Assembly (NCBI GenBank): GCA_017477555.1
Contig: JAFUVK010000017.1
Location: 10,787-74,786, forward strand
Origin: Muribaculaceae bacterium
Lineage (GTDB): Bacteria; Bacteroidota; Bacteroidia; Bacteroidales; Muribaculaceae
DNA length: 64,000 nucleotides
Direction of reading: 5' to 3'
Shown here: positions 29,579-40,472 of the stretch, in pieces
How positions within the stretch are numbered: the stretch's first letter is position 1
Layout: each line of letters starts with the position of its first letter
Program-made: the position numbers and the translations under genes
Notes under the pieces: generated by a model
What the model saw: the letters and a program-made list of their open reading frames with translations, nothing else
Told to the model about the DNA's origin: nothing
Databases searched by the model: none

Positions 29579-29640
29579 AATCTCGGCTACACTCGGCAAT
29601 GCCCAAGCAAGCTTGGCATTGCGCTCGTTGGCACGAGATT
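29579..29640. repeat. Dispersed ~62-bp palindromic repeat (CGGCAATGC...GGCATT family)
   Basis: aatctcg...caatgcccaagc aa gcttggcattg...cgagatt; related copy at 44029-44091. Confidence 0.6.
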
Positions 29641-29902
29641 TCACTTTCTGGGCTGTCTCGCGGCCCTGTTGTGCGATTTTCATGACATTTCGCCAATGAA
29701 TTGGCGCTGTTTCATGAACCTCTTAAGATCCTTTGGTTTTCGGCTTGCAAAATAAGGTAAAAAAAATGAATCTGCCAAATTTTTTGCGACTTATTTTTAC
29801 CATTTTCTCACTGATGATGCCCAAATAGGTCGATAGGCCACACAATAAACCGCACCGAGAATGCGTTGTTACTGAATGCAGAACGCACAACAGACAAGCG
29901 AC

Positions 29903-31888
29903 ATGACTCGACGAATCATCCACATATTGCTTCTGGCCATCATCACCGCCATGGCACTGGGCACCACATCGTGCAAGGGTGCCAAGATGCGCAACGCCGA
30001 CGAGGCCTACGACCGCGGCGAGTACGACGCGGCGGCCAACATCTACCGTAAGCTCTACAACAAATACAAGAACAAGGACGACCGATGGCGACGCGGCGAG
30101 ATTGCCTTCATGATGGGACAGTGCTACCGGCACCTGAGCCAGGCACAACGGGCCAGCGCAGCGTTCCAGAATGCCATACGATACGAGTATGAAGACTCGA
30201 TGGCCATCTACTACCTGGCCGAGGCGCTGCACCACGATGGCAAGTGGAACGAGGCCATCAAGCGCTATGAGGAGTTTCTGGAGCTGGTGCCCGGCCACGA
30301 GCCGTCGCTGCTGGGCATTCGCGGATGCCAACTGGGCCCGAAGTGGAAGGCCGAGGGCTCGCGCTACCAGGTGAAGAGCGCCAAGCTGTTCAACTCGCGC
30401 CGCGCCGACTTCTGCCCGATGTTTCTCGACAAAGCGGCCGACCAGCTCTACTTCACCAGTAGCACCGAGAAGGCCACCGGCGAGAACAAGAGCGAAATCA
30501 CCGGCACGAAAAAGAGCGACGTGTTCTTCAGCAAAAAGGACGACAAGGGCAAGTGGACGCGCCCCGAGCCCGCCGGAGGCGAGCTGAACACCGAGTGGGA
30601 CGAGGGAATCACGGCTTTCACGCCCGACGGCAACATGATGTACTTTGCCAAGGCCATCCGCAAGAACGCGCCAAGCAATGTGGAAATCTACACCAGCACA
30701 CGCAGCGAGGCCAAGTGGAGCGCGCCTCAAAAGTATGAGATCACCGCCGACACCCTGAGCAGCTATGGCGACCCGGCGGTGAGCGCCGATGGCAACTGGC
30801 TGTACTTCACTAGCGACATGCCGGGCGGCTTTGGCGGACTGGACCTGTGGCGCATCAACCTCAAGGACAAGCATGGCACGCTCGAGAACCTGGGCGAGCA
30901 AATCAACACGCCCGGCAACGACCGCTTCCCCTACTGCCGCGACGACTCGACCTTCTACTTCGCCAGCGACGGACACCCCGGCATGGGCGGACTGGACATC
31001 TATTGCGCGCGCCTGCAGCCATCGGGCAAGTGGTTTGTCGAGAACATGGGATCGCCCATGAACTCGGCCTACGACGACTTTGGCATCACCTACGACCGCA
31101 CCCAGACCGAGGCCGGGTACTTCAGCAGCAACCGTGGCGACGGACGCGGCTACGACCACATCTTCAGCTTCGAGAAGCCCGACCTCAAGGTGTGGATCAG
31201 CGGTTATGTACTAGACAAGGACGACGAGCCGGTGCCCAACGCCGTGATCCGCATCGTGGGCGACGACGGCAGCAACCAGAAGGCCGCCGGCAAGCCCGAC
31301 GGCTCGTTCCGATTCGACCTGCAGCGTGGTGTGAACTATGTGATGCTGGCCGGCGCACCGGGCTACCTCAACAGCAAGCAGCAGTTCAAGAGCGACTCAG
31401 AGGAGGCCGACGCCGAGTATAATGTCGACTTCATCTTGGCCGCTATGTTCAAGCCCCAGGTCATCGAGCAAATCTACTACGACTACGACAAGGCCGTGCT
31501 GCGCGACGAGAGCAAGCAGGCACTGGACGAAATGGTGCAGGTGATGAAGGACAACCCCAACATCACCATCGAGATGGCTGCCCACACCGACCGCATAGGC
31601 AGCGACCACTACAACAACGGACTGAGCGAGCGGCGCGCCAAGAGCGTGGTCGACTATCTCATCGCCAACGGCATAGCGCGCGACCGCCTCAAGCCCAAGG
31701 GCTACGGCAAAACCATGCCCAAGACTGTGACCAAACACATCGAGAAGCAATACCCGCAATTCAAGGAAGGCACCGTGCTCAACGAGGAGTTTATCAAGGG
31801 GCTGAGCGACGAGGACAAGGCCGCGGCCGACCAGATTAACCGCCGCACCGAGTTCCAGGTGCTCAACACCGACTACGACCTGTGGTGA
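29903..31888 (+). CDS. porE: PorE-like lipoprotein (TPR, PD40, carboxypeptidase-regulatory, OmpA-C)
   Basis: Lipobox TTSC; TPRs; PD40 repeats (LYFTSDMPGGFGGLDLW, YFASDGHPGMGGLDI); OmpA motifs HTD..G...YN..LSERRA and NRRTEF. Confidence 0.85.
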   Translation: MTRRIIHILLLAIITAMALGTTSCKGAKMRNADEAYDRGEYDAAANIYRKLYNKYKNKDDRWRRGEIAFMMGQCYRHLSQAQRASAAFQNAIRYEYEDSMAIYYLAEALHHDGKWNEAIKRYEEFLELVPGHEPSLLGIRGCQLGPKWKAEGSRYQVKSAKLFNSRRADFCPMFLDKAADQLYFTSSTEKATGENKSEITGTKKSDVFFSKKDDKGKWTRPEPAGGELNTEWDEGITAFTPDGNMMYFAKAIRKNAPSNVEIYTSTRSEAKWSAPQKYEITADTLSSYGDPAVSADGNWLYFTSDMPGGFGGLDLWRINLKDKHGTLENLGEQINTPGNDRFPYCRDDSTFYFASDGHPGMGGLDIYCARLQPSGKWFVENMGSPMNSAYDDFGITYDRTQTEAGYFSSNRGDGRGYDHIFSFEKPDLKVWISGYVLDKDDEPVPNAVIRIVGDDGSNQKAAGKPDGSFRFDLQRGVNYVMLAGAPGYLNSKQQFKSDSEEADAEYNVDFILAAMFKPQVIEQIYYDYDKAVLRDESKQALDEMVQVMKDNPNITIEMAAHTDRIGSDHYNNGLSERRAKSVVDYLIANGIARDRLKPKGYGKTMPKTVTKHIEKQYPQFKEGTVLNEEFIKGLSDEDKAAADQINRRTEFQVLNTDYDLW

Positions 31889-32418
31889 TGAAGAAGAAAA
31901 CCATGCTTGAGCTGCATCGCGTGGATGCAGAGCAATATAGCCATATCGAGAAATTGCCCATCACCGTGGTGCTCGACAATGTGCGCAGCGAGATGAACGT
32001 GGGCAGCGTGTTTCGCACAGCCGACGCCTTCCTGATTGAGCGCATCTGCCTGTGTGGCATCACCGCCGTTCCACCCAAACCCGAGATTCACAAGACCGCC
32101 CTCGGCGCCGAGAACACCGTTCCATGGACGCACTATGCCAGCGCCGCCGAAGCCATCGCCCAGCTGCGCCAGCAGGGCTACCGTATCTGCGCCGTGGAGC
32201 AGGTTCACGGCAGCATCAGCCTCGAGCGGTTCTCGCCCGAGCCGGGACAGCGGCTTGCCATCATCTTGGGCAATGAGGTCAAGGGCGTGTCGCAAGAGGC
32301 CGTCGATGCCAGCGACTGTTGCATCGAGATTCCGCAGTACGGCACCAAGCACTCCCTCAACATCGCCAACACGGCTGCCATAGTCATGTGGCATCTGAGC
32401 AGCCACATTCTGCTATAA
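31888..32418 (+). CDS. TrmH/SpoU family RNA methyltransferase
   Basis: VVLDNVRSEMNVGSVFRTAD, ILGNEVKG, IPQYGTKHSLN. Confidence 0.92.
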   Translation: MKKKTMLELHRVDAEQYSHIEKLPITVVLDNVRSEMNVGSVFRTADAFLIERICLCGITAVPPKPEIHKTALGAENTVPWTHYASAAEAIAQLRQQGYRICAVEQVHGSISLERFSPEPGQRLAIILGNEVKGVSQEAVDASDCCIEIPQYGTKHSLNIANTAAIVMWHLSSHILL

Positions 32419-32529
32419 TAAGGCAAAGGAGTAGTGACACCCACCGTCATAGGCACTGACTCCAATTAATCACCCAAGACATATTCTGGGGGCTACGACT
32501 TCTGACGGCCAGCGCGTGGCGGTTTCAAA

Positions 32530-32630
32530 CCCCACCCCTGCCCCTCCCCTTTATAAAGGGGAGGGGAGGCTGTTACCTGATTGTTGCTGTTGTCATACCA
32601 CCCCCAACCGCTCCTATCTTAGGAGGGGAG
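32530..32630. repeat. CCCCTCC/GGAGGGG hairpin repeats between convergent genes
   Basis: cccctccccttt at aaaggggagggg and a second degenerate unit ctcctatcttaggagggg. Confidence 0.6.
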
Positions 32631-32693
32631 CTGCCGCCACGCATTGGGAAGTGGTGCTATAAACTATAAACTTTTAACTATCAACTAAAAAAA

Positions 32694-33935
32694 CTACGCC
32701 TCGTCGGGGTCGCTGACCACCTGGAAGTCGTCGTTCTCGTCGACATAGTCGTCGGCCCAGTACTCGTCGCGCCACTCCTGGTCATCGGGACCAATCATGC
32801 GGCCATCGCCCTGCGCCTGGGTGGGCAGGTCGTCGTCGGCCGGCTCGCCGTCGGGGGCATCGAAGATAAAGTTGTCCTCAGCCTGCTCGCGGTGTCGGTC
32901 ATCCAGGTCGCGGTGTGTCAGCGTCTCGGGAATGCGGTTGCGCTCGTCGTTGATGGTACGCCACAGCACATCCTTAAGCTCGGTAAGGCCCTTCTGTGCC
33001 ACACTGGAGATAAACACGGTGGGCACACCATCGGGCATGCCCGGGCGCAGCATGTCGATGAGCTCGTCGTCGGCCAGGTCGCACTTGGTGATGGCTAGCA
33101 CACGGGGTTTGTCCACCAGGTCGGGGTTGAAGGTCTGCAGCTCGTTGCACAGCACCTCATACTCGTGCGCGATGTCGTCGGTGTCGGCCGGAATCATGAA
33201 CAGCAGCACGGCGTTGCGCTCGATGTGGCGCAAGAAGCGCAGCCCCAGTCCACGTCCTTCGCTGGCCCCCTCGATGATGCCGGGGATGTCGGCCATGACA
33301 AACGACTGCTGGTCGCGGTAGGTGACGATGCCCAGGTTGGGCTCGAGCGTGGTGAACGGATAGTTGGCAATCTTGGGCTTAGCGGCACTGATGACCGAGA
33401 GCAGGGTCGACTTACCCGCAGTGGGGAAGCCCACCAGACCCACGTCGGCCAGCAGCTTCAGCTCCAGGATGACGGCCTTCTCGATGCCCTTCTCGCCCGG
33501 CTGGGCAAAGCGTGGTGTCTGTCGGGTCGCACTCTTGAAATGCGTGTTGCCCAGACCGCCGCGTCCGCCCTTGAGCAAGCGCACTACCTGTCCGTCGTCG
33601 GTGACATCGCACAGAAACTGCCCGGTCTCGGCATCATAGACTGCCGTGCCGCACGGCACCTCGATGGTGCGATCCTCGCCGTCCTTACCAGTCGACTGGT
33701 TCTCGTAGCCCGGCTGTCCGTCGGTGGCGAACACGTGGCGCTGGTACTTGAGGTGAATCAGCGTCCACAAGTTGCGGTTGCCCTTGAGGTAGATGTGGCC
33801 GCCACGGCCGCCGTCGCCGCCGTCGGGTCCGCCTTTGGGTATATACTTGGCGCGGTGCAGGTGGGCCGATCCGGCACCACCCTTGCCACTGCGACACAAT
33901 ATCTTCACATAGTCAATAAAGTTGCTCTCAGCCAT
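32694..33935 (-). CDS. obgE: GTPase ObgE/CgtA
   Basis: Gly-rich Obg fold ([12 protein letters not shown]), [21 protein letters not shown]; acidic tail. Confidence 0.97.
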   Translation of the reverse strand: MAESNFIDYVKILCRSGKGGAGSAHLHRAKYIPKGGPDGGDGGRGGHIYLKGNRNLWTLIHLKYQRHVFATDGQPGYENQSTGKDGEDRTIEVPCGTAVYDAETGQFLCDVTDDGQVVRLLKGGRGGLGNTHFKSATRQTPRFAQPGEKGIEKAVILELKLLADVGLVGFPTAGKSTLLSVISAAKPKIANYPFTTLEPNLGIVTYRDQQSFVMADIPGIIEGASEGRGLGLRFLRHIERNAVLLFMIPADTDDIAHEYEVLCNELQTFNPDLVDKPRVLAITKCDLADDELIDMLRPGMPDGVPTVFISSVAQKGLTELKDVLWRTINDERNRIPETLTHRDLDDRHREQAEDNFIFDAPDGEPADDDLPTQAQGDGRMIGPDDQEWRDEYWADDYVDENDDFQVVSDPDEA

Positions 33936-33997
33936 AGTGGTTTGAATTGAGAATTAGACTGCAAAGTTACAACAAATTTCTGATATAGAGGCGACGG

Positions 33998-36900
33998 TCA
34001 CGGCATTACGCTCAGTACCATGGCGGGAGCGGTGGCCGTGAATTCGGGAGCATAGGCACACTGCGCGGTGGTGATGCCCGTCTTGTAGGTGCCAGCCCGG
34101 TCGATGAAATAGTCGCGCTCAATGACCCGCGTCCCCTGCCTCACGTGGTCGATGTAGTAGCGAGTTTCCGTGTCCTTCAAGTCGCAATAGCATCCGCGGT
34201 AATATCCGCTCAGCGGGTTGACAGGCTCAAAGCAGGCCGGTCGCTTGTCGATGACTTGCACAAAGTCGAGGTCACGCGATGCAGTGATAGTCAGTCGCAC
34301 CGTCACACGGTCGCCCACATGCAGAGTATCGCCACCGGGCTTAACAATCTCGCGCTTGACACTGATGCCTGAACTGGATTTCTCGACCGCGCTGGAGGGT
34401 TGCAAGAACTGGGCATAGACTGTGCCCCAACTCGTGCCGGCATGGCTCTTGTTGACCGTGAGCCGATAGGGTTCTTTCCATTTCAGGTCAGTCTTGACGT
34501 AGCCCAGTCCGGCACTGCCTTGCGGCAGGTCGATGCGCCGCCCGTCAACGCTGAAGTCGGCCATCGGCACCTCGTCGAGCACGCGCAGATTGCCATTGAT
34601 GAAAGCATACACGGCATTAGCACTGTTATAGGCTGTGCTCCAGTACTGCGTGCGCTTCTGCTGCAAGAGCCATCGGCGCATTTCCTCGATGGCCGTGGTG
34701 TCGTCAGGGTGAATCAGTTGCATGGCCTCGATGGCCGCCACCTGGGTGGGTATCTTGAGGTCATGCCACCAGTAGCCGTGGCTCGTGGCATCGAAGTACC
34801 GTCCCATGGCCTTGCTGCTGAGCATGTCGGCCATCACAGCATCCAGCCGCTGCCGTGCCGCCTTCTTCTCGCCCCACTTCCACAAGGTGGTGGCCATGAT
34901 GCAGTCGGCATAGGCACTGTGCCACGACTTGTCGCGCTTCATCGCCTTGATGATTTTCTTGCCCTCGCGGCGGCACGAGTCGGGCACATCGCGGTTGTCC
35001 ATCGCGGCCAGATAGAGATACCTTTCGTCAATGCCTTGACGAGCCAGGTAGTCAAAACCGCTGTTTATCATGTATTGGGTCTCACGTTGTTTGCCGAGCA
35101 GCACATTGACGCGTACCAGTGCCTCCAGCACCATCTGGGTCATAGCAACGCTTCCCTTCATACCTTTGAACCAACTCCACGACCCATCACCATTATGCAA
35201 CGCCTTCAGTGCCGATAATGTGGTGCTGACTTTTCCGTTCAGTGCCTTCTGGTCGAGGAATTTGCTCAATTGTTGCCTCTGCTCGGTCTCGTTCTTGGCG
35301 ATACCGACCCACGGGGTCTCGGCCAGCACAATCGACTTAAGTTCCTGGTTGCGCTCCAACGGACTCTGCTGGCCGACAGAATCCTGTTCGTCGCGCCATT
35401 GCTGCATGGTCTGTGCCACATGTGGCGACATCGACAAGATGCCTGCGGCCGTCTTTAACGAGAAGTAGGCAATGGCTTGGCAGGCTGCACAGTCATCCAC
35501 AGGATGGGCATACTCGTGCAGTGCTTGCATCATGAGCCAGGCAGGATTGTTGGTGTATTCCAGGGTGTACTGTGCCCTAAAGGCTTTTTTCGCCTCCAGT
35601 TTGCTCAAGTCAATGCTGGCCTTTCCCTTGCCCAGGAGCGTGAACGGCACCGTTCGCGTCACCAGTTCAAGCTGGCTGAGCACCGGCAGATAGTGCTGCT
35701 CGCCATCGCTGGCCTCACCATTGCTCGCCACCACCTTGCACATCAGCAAGGTTTCGCTCTGCTGGGGCTTGTAACTGAATGTCACGGTTGCAGACTCGCC
35801 TTGAGCGGCAGCAAACGTCTGATGCTGCGTGTAGACCACTCGATCGGTCTCGGTGTCGACGAGTTGCATCGACACCGCTCCACGCACATCGTGGTCGCAT
35901 GTGTTGACGATGCGGCTAGTGATGGTGGCAGTGTCGCCCATGCGCACAAATCGCGGCACATTGGGTTGGACCATAAACTGCTTGCTGGCCACCACCTCGC
36001 CAGTGAGCGCGCCCCAGCACATGTCGCGTGTGTGCGCTTGTGTCATGACCCGCCATGTGGTCACACTCTCGGGCAGGGTGTATTGCAGATTGACCCGCCC
36101 CTGCTCATCGGTCTGCAAGGTGGGGAAGAAGAATGCCGTTTCGTTCAAGTTCTCACGTGCAGGCAGATCCAGCGTCCGGGCAATCGCCTGAGCGCCATCG
36201 CCCTTGACGGTATTGATCAGAATCACCCCTGCCGATGCACGGGCACCATAGATGGCGGTGGCCGACGGGTCTGTCAAGATTTTGAAGTCGCGGATGTCGT
36301 TAGCACTGATATTGGGTAGCATCGATGCAATCAGCGCATTGGCATCATCACCCGACAGCGCATCGGCACCAACTTCGGCAATGACATCAACAATGACCCC
36401 GTCGACAACAATCAGTGGTCGTGTATCACCATAGATGGATGTTGCGCCACGCACACGGATTTGGGGCGAGACCTGTACGCCCGCAGCTCTTCCTTCAAGC
36501 GAACGCGCCACATCATCGGCTATGGCAGTCTCCGTGCTAGTGAACAGTCGCTTGTCCACCGTTTGGTAACCTGTGACCACGACCTCGTCCAGGGTGGTTC
36601 CGTCGTCAGGCCATAACCGGATGAGAGGATGTGCTTCAATGATGGTTGTACGTTCAGGTAGGTAACCCAAGTAATGTATTGTGAGTCTGTCTCCAATGCG
36701 CGCCAGCAGTTTGAATTTTCCATCAATGTCTGTTGAGGTCCCTACTCGGCTGTTTCGGTCAACGGTGACTGTCGCGCCAATAATAGGCTCATCGTTTTCG
36801 TCGACCACCGTGCCGCTGATGAGCATTTCGCTGCCCATCAGCCCTGACTTGAAGTGGCTCATGCTCTGGGGCGGGAACTTCGACTTGCCATTTTGCTGAC

Positions 36901-39637
36901 TACCATAGCCATAGAGGCCGTAATCGTAAAAGTAATGGCGATAATCCTGTGAATCATAGTTACCATTGTAAACTGAGCGGTCGAACGACAATCCCATTTG
37001 CCAGTTATGAGGCTCAAACTCGTCAAGTGACTTGTCGTACATGGCTGCAATCACTCGGGCATCGGCGGGAGTACCGTCGGGTCGGTTCACCTGCAGTTGC
37101 CATTGCTCCTTCTGCCCCGGCGTCAGTCGGTCACGGAATGTGTTCCAGCACAATGCCAATGCCTTGTCGGGCTGAGGCTTCACGATTATGTGACTGGCCT
37201 GATAGAGTTTGCCATCTTTCCACCATGCATAGAGCACTTTGATGCCATCGCCATACAGGGGCTGATAGGTGAAGTCACGGCGAATGATGGTGTCGCTCAA
37301 CTCAATGGAGCCGCGTTCCAGGCAACTGTCGGCACGCATCACAGCATAAAGCACATGCACGTCGTGCCGGCTGGTACCGAGTTCGATTCGTTCTTTGTCG
37401 GTCTTAAACCAAATGTCGGCATCATAGCATGGACGCGTAGCCTGGGGGTCATAGACAATGAGCGTGGTGCTGATCGTGTCACCGTCGCAGCAGGCCATGA
37501 GCTCATGTTTGCCACAGGGCAGCGCATGAGGCAGCTTTAAGTTGACACGCCTGCCCGCACTGGCGGTGTCGCTGGCCAACTCATGACCTAGAAGCCAATA
37601 TTTGACTACCGCGCCGTTGATGTCTTTATTCATGACGTTTCTGGCCTTATACGTCACAGTAGCCTGGGGCAGCTGGGCTTGCTCAATCCACCACACGCTG
37701 CCGGCATCGGATGTCAGCCTCACAGGGCGGCCACTGACGCTGAATTGCACCATTTCATCATGGCTCTCGCCAGTCATGTCGGTCACTTGTATCGTCAGCC
37801 GATAGTACCAATTGCGCTGGTCATCGGTGGGAATAGCAATCTTAAAGCGCCCCTCACTATCGGTGCAGATGGTGTCTTGATAAGGCACCCTCGCGTCGAG
37901 TCTATAGGTCACAGTCGCATTGTGCAATGGTATTCCGGTCATTGTGGTAGCCTGTCCTGTAATCATGACGGTGTCGCCACGGGCAATGCGCTTGTGGTTG
38001 TCGTCGATGGTGATCTTGAATGTCGGCCTCTTGTATTGCTCGACACGCAACACAGCAATGCCAGTGACATCTCGACTGTTGGGTTGCTGTGCCGGCAAGA
38101 TTGCTTCGATGCGATAAGCGCCATGCAACAAGTTTTGTTTGAGCGCGAAGCGAGCGTGCGCCACGCCATATTCATCGGTCACAACTTGCGCTGTGTCCAC
38201 CGTCTGTCTTTTGCTGTCCAGCAACTTCACCTCGATGGCCCTGCCACTCAGCACGGCCACGTCATCGTCCTGGCGAGTATAGGCAAGCACTGCCAGCTGA
38301 ATGTCTTGTCCAGGCCGATAAATAGCTCGGTCGGTCATCACATTGAGGTGGAAGGTCTTGTCGTGACTGATGAAATAGTTGTCCGAGGACTCACTCTCGT
38401 AGCAATATCGGTCGTCGGCGGTGGCAGGTCGGACATCTTCGACTTCACCGACCAATGCCTCACCTTGCGCATCGGCGGTTGCTAGCAACCGGTCATATAC
38501 ATCATAGAGTTGCGCGTGTGGCACTGGCTGGCCGCTGATGGCATTGACCACAGTCACCAGTTGCTTGCCATCGGTCATGTCCAGGCTCAATGTGCGCAGG
38601 TCGCTCACGCATTGAAAGACATACAGGTTATCATCGATTGGCGGAGTGGTTTTGAATCGCAGCAGATACATTCCCTTGTCCAGAGGTGGCAAGATGTGTC
38701 CATGGGTAAAGGTCTCATACCGGTTGGCATTGTTGATGTCGAGCACATCATGCTTGATGTGCTTGAAGCTATACTCTTCTTTGTATTCGTTGATGTCATC
38801 ATCATCCACGCGCCATGCATCTTGGATTTCGGTTGCGGGTATGTCGGTGGAATAGATGTCAACATCGATGCGGCGAATGTTGCGAGTATTGGTTATGAAC
38901 GTCAGACTATCGGCCGACGTAGTGAGGCTTCTTTGGAATCGGATTCCCAGCTTGCTCTGGCACAACGTGTTGTAGGCATCTTTTAGTGCGCCAACCCGCC
39001 AATAGCGCTCATACTTGCTTAAGGCTTTTTCAAGATACTCACCCTTTTCTTTTACACTATAGTCATAGTTCATGGCTCGATAGCGCGCCAGTGCCACCTC
39101 GGCCGAGACTTCCAAGTCGCCATAGATGCCCATCAGCGAGTCGAGCGATGCTATATACTGGGGCCTAGTCACGCGTTGCGCTTCCAGTAACTGTAGCGCA
39201 GTCAGCATGGTGGCAGGCCGGTTGCCGTGGCGGTCGTAGTAGTCGTGCAGCGTGGCATACTCCTCCAGTTCATAGCCCACGATGCTGAGCAGGTCGTCGC
39301 CGAAGTAGCGTCCCATGGGCAGCCGTTCGACCATGCCCTTGAACTTCGTGGCCTTGGCCTGCGCCAGCAAGTCGGCATGGCTCATTGCCAGTGACCGATA
39401 GGACACACTGTCGTCGGGCAGCAAATGTGCCAGCAGGGTCTGATAGATGGCGGCTTTGACCGGGTCAGCATCCCGCAAGCGCATCTCATTGGTCTTGAGC
39501 CGGTGGATGACACCGGTAATGCTGTCTTTCCCCGTGTCAATCAACCTCATGGCACTCTTGATGTCATCGAATTCACGTGCTTGAGCGGCGACGGCCGCTA
39601 TGAGCATGAGTAGGATTATGGTAACTCTTTTTATCAT
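33998..39637 (-). CDS. Bacterial alpha-2-macroglobulin family protein with internal SusC-like N-terminal/plug module
   Basis: TDRAIYRPGQ, VEQYKRPTF, RENLNETAFFFP, LPESVTTW, MVQPNVPRF, YAPEF motifs. Confidence 0.9.
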   Translation of the reverse strand: MIKRVTIILLMLIAAVAAQAREFDDIKSAMRLIDTGKDSITGVIHRLKTNEMRLRDADPVKAAIYQTLLAHLLPDDSVSYRSLAMSHADLLAQAKATKFKGMVERLPMGRYFGDDLLSIVGYELEEYATLHDYYDRHGNRPATMLTALQLLEAQRVTRPQYIASLDSLMGIYGDLEVSAEVALARYRAMNYDYSVKEKGEYLEKALSKYERYWRVGALKDAYNTLCQSKLGIRFQRSLTTSADSLTFITNTRNIRRIDVDIYSTDIPATEIQDAWRVDDDDINEYKEEYSFKHIKHDVLDINNANRYETFTHGHILPPLDKGMYLLRFKTTPPIDDNLYVFQCVSDLRTLSLDMTDGKQLVTVVNAISGQPVPHAQLYDVYDRLLATADAQGEALVGEVEDVRPATADDRYCYESESSDNYFISHDKTFHLNVMTDRAIYRPGQDIQLAVLAYTRQDDDVAVLSGRAIEVKLLDSKRQTVDTAQVVTDEYGVAHARFALKQNLLHGAYRIEAILPAQQPNSRDVTGIAVLRVEQYKRPTFKITIDDNHKRIARGDTVMITGQATTMTGIPLHNATVTYRLDARVPYQDTICTDSEGRFKIAIPTDDQRNWYYRLTIQVTDMTGESHDEMVQFSVSGRPVRLTSDAGSVWWIEQAQLPQATVTYKARNVMNKDINGAVVKYWLLGHELASDTASAGRRVNLKLPHALPCGKHELMACCDGDTISTTLIVYDPQATRPCYDADIWFKTDKERIELGTSRHDVHVLYAVMRADSCLERGSIELSDTIIRRDFTYQPLYGDGIKVLYAWWKDGKLYQASHIIVKPQPDKALALCWNTFRDRLTPGQKEQWQLQVNRPDGTPADARVIAAMYDKSLDEFEPHNWQMGLSFDRSVYNGNYDSQDYRHYFYDYGLYGYGSQQNGKSKFPPQSMSHFKSGLMGSEMLISGTVVDENDEPIIGATVTVDRNSRVGTSTDIDGKFKLLARIGDRLTIHYLGYLPERTTIIEAHPLIRLWPDDGTTLDEVVVTGYQTVDKRLFTSTETAIADDVARSLEGRAAGVQVSPQIRVRGATSIYGDTRPLIVVDGVIVDVIAEVGADALSGDDANALIASMLPNISANDIRDFKILTDPSATAIYGARASAGVILINTVKGDGAQAIARTLDLPARENLNETAFFFPTLQTDEQGRVNLQYTLPESVTTWRVMTQAHTRDMCWGALTGEVVASKQFMVQPNVPRFVRMGDTATITSRIVNTCDHDVRGAVSMQLVDTETDRVVYTQHQTFAAAQGESATVTFSYKPQQSETLLMCKVVASNGEASDGEQHYLPVLSQLELVTRTVPFTLLGKGKASIDLSKLEAKKAFRAQYTLEYTNNPAWLMMQALHEYAHPVDDCAACQAIAYFSLKTAAGILSMSPHVAQTMQQWRDEQDSVGQQSPLERNQELKSIVLAETPWVGIAKNETEQRQQLSKFLDQKALNGKVSTTLSALKALHNGDGSWSWFKGMKGSVAMTQMVLEALVRVNVLLGKQRETQYMINSGFDYLARQGIDERYLYLAAMDNRDVPDSCRREGKKIIKAMKRDKSWHSAYADCIMATTLWKWGEKKAARQRLDAVMADMLSSKAMGRYFDATSHGYWWHDLKIPTQVAAIEAMQLIHPDDTTAIEEMRRWLLQQKRTQYWSTAYNSANAVYAFINGNLRVLDEVPMADFSVDGRRIDLPQGSAGLGYVKTDLKWKEPYRLTVNKSHAGTSWGTVYAQFLQPSSAVEKSSSGISVKREIVKPGGDTLHVGDRVTVRLTITASRDLDFVQVIDKRPACFEPVNPLSGYYRGCYCDLKDTETRYYIDHVRQGTRVIERDYFIDRAGTYKTGITTAQCAYAPEFTATAPAMVLSVMP

Positions 39638-39657
39638 GGTGGGTTATGTTGTTGTGG

Positions 39658-40248
39658 TCAGTTGTTGTCAGTGCCTATCAGGTCGGTGAGCAGCAGCCAG
39701 AGGTCGCCCGTGTGGGGCTCGCTGAAGACGGGGGCCATGCGATGCCCGATCTGCGAGGTCTCGCGGTAACGCTCGGGCGGCACCAGCGCCTGGCAGGCCG
39801 CGCGGTTGTCGCCCAGGAGCTCGTCGTGGTCGCTGCAGATGATATAGGTGCGCGGCGTGATGTGCATCGCCACACCCCTGAACTCCAGCAGGTTCTCCGG
39901 ACCGAAGTCAAAGTACCAGTTGCCGTCTTGGCGCGGGTTGAAGTAGCGTTGATGTCCCATCATGCTGGGCTGGTTGAGCATGTGCTCGGGGTCGTTGGCG
40001 GGATTGGCGGCCACCTTGATGCAGTCGACATCGGCACACAACACATAGTATCCGCCCAGCGAGGTGCCGATGAGCAGATCGATGTCGTGGGTGCGCACAT
40101 AGTCCTCGATTTGTTTGATTGACTCGGCAGGATGATGGTTGACATCGATGGCGTGCACCTTGCAGCCCGTGAGCACTTGCCGCAGGCGTGCTACGGTGCC
40201 GGTTTGGGCCGAGCTGCAGAATCCGTGGATATAAAGAATTTGAGTCAT
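39658..40248 (-). CDS. YqiA/YcfP (UPF0227) alpha/beta hydrolase
   Basis: ILYIHGF.SS, GTSLGG nucleophile elbow, NPA, DELL, GH. Confidence 0.88.
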   Translation of the reverse strand: MTQILYIHGFCSSAQTGTVARLRQVLTGCKVHAIDVNHHPAESIKQIEDYVRTHDIDLLIGTSLGGYYVLCADVDCIKVAANPANDPEHMLNQPSMMGHQRYFNPRQDGNWYFDFGPENLLEFRGVAMHITPRTYIICSDHDELLGDNRAACQALVPPERYRETSQIGHRMAPVFSEPHTGDLWLLLTDLIGTDNN

Positions 40249-40406
40249 ATTATTAAAGATTGAGTAATCGATTGTATACTGACGAGATTCGATGTGCAAA
40301 GTTAGCATTTCCAATGCAATAAAACAAATATAATTGAAAACTTTTGCATACCACCTTCCCCTGACGGCTCTCGTTCGGACAACAACAGACACTCCGTGAC
40401 GACAGA

Positions 40407-40442
40407 ACGACGCGCACTCTCGAATGCAAGAGTGCGCGTCGT
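40407..40442. terminator. Stem-loop downstream of the 40473-41648 gene
   Basis: acgacgcgcactct / agagtgcgcgtcgt 14-bp inverted repeat. Confidence 0.6.
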
Positions 40443-40472
40443 CCAGTGTATTGTAGATGGGTTAAGGTATCA

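Noticed and set aside
29723-31159. 478-aa minus-strand ORF
   Set aside because: It is antisense to the porE-like gene.
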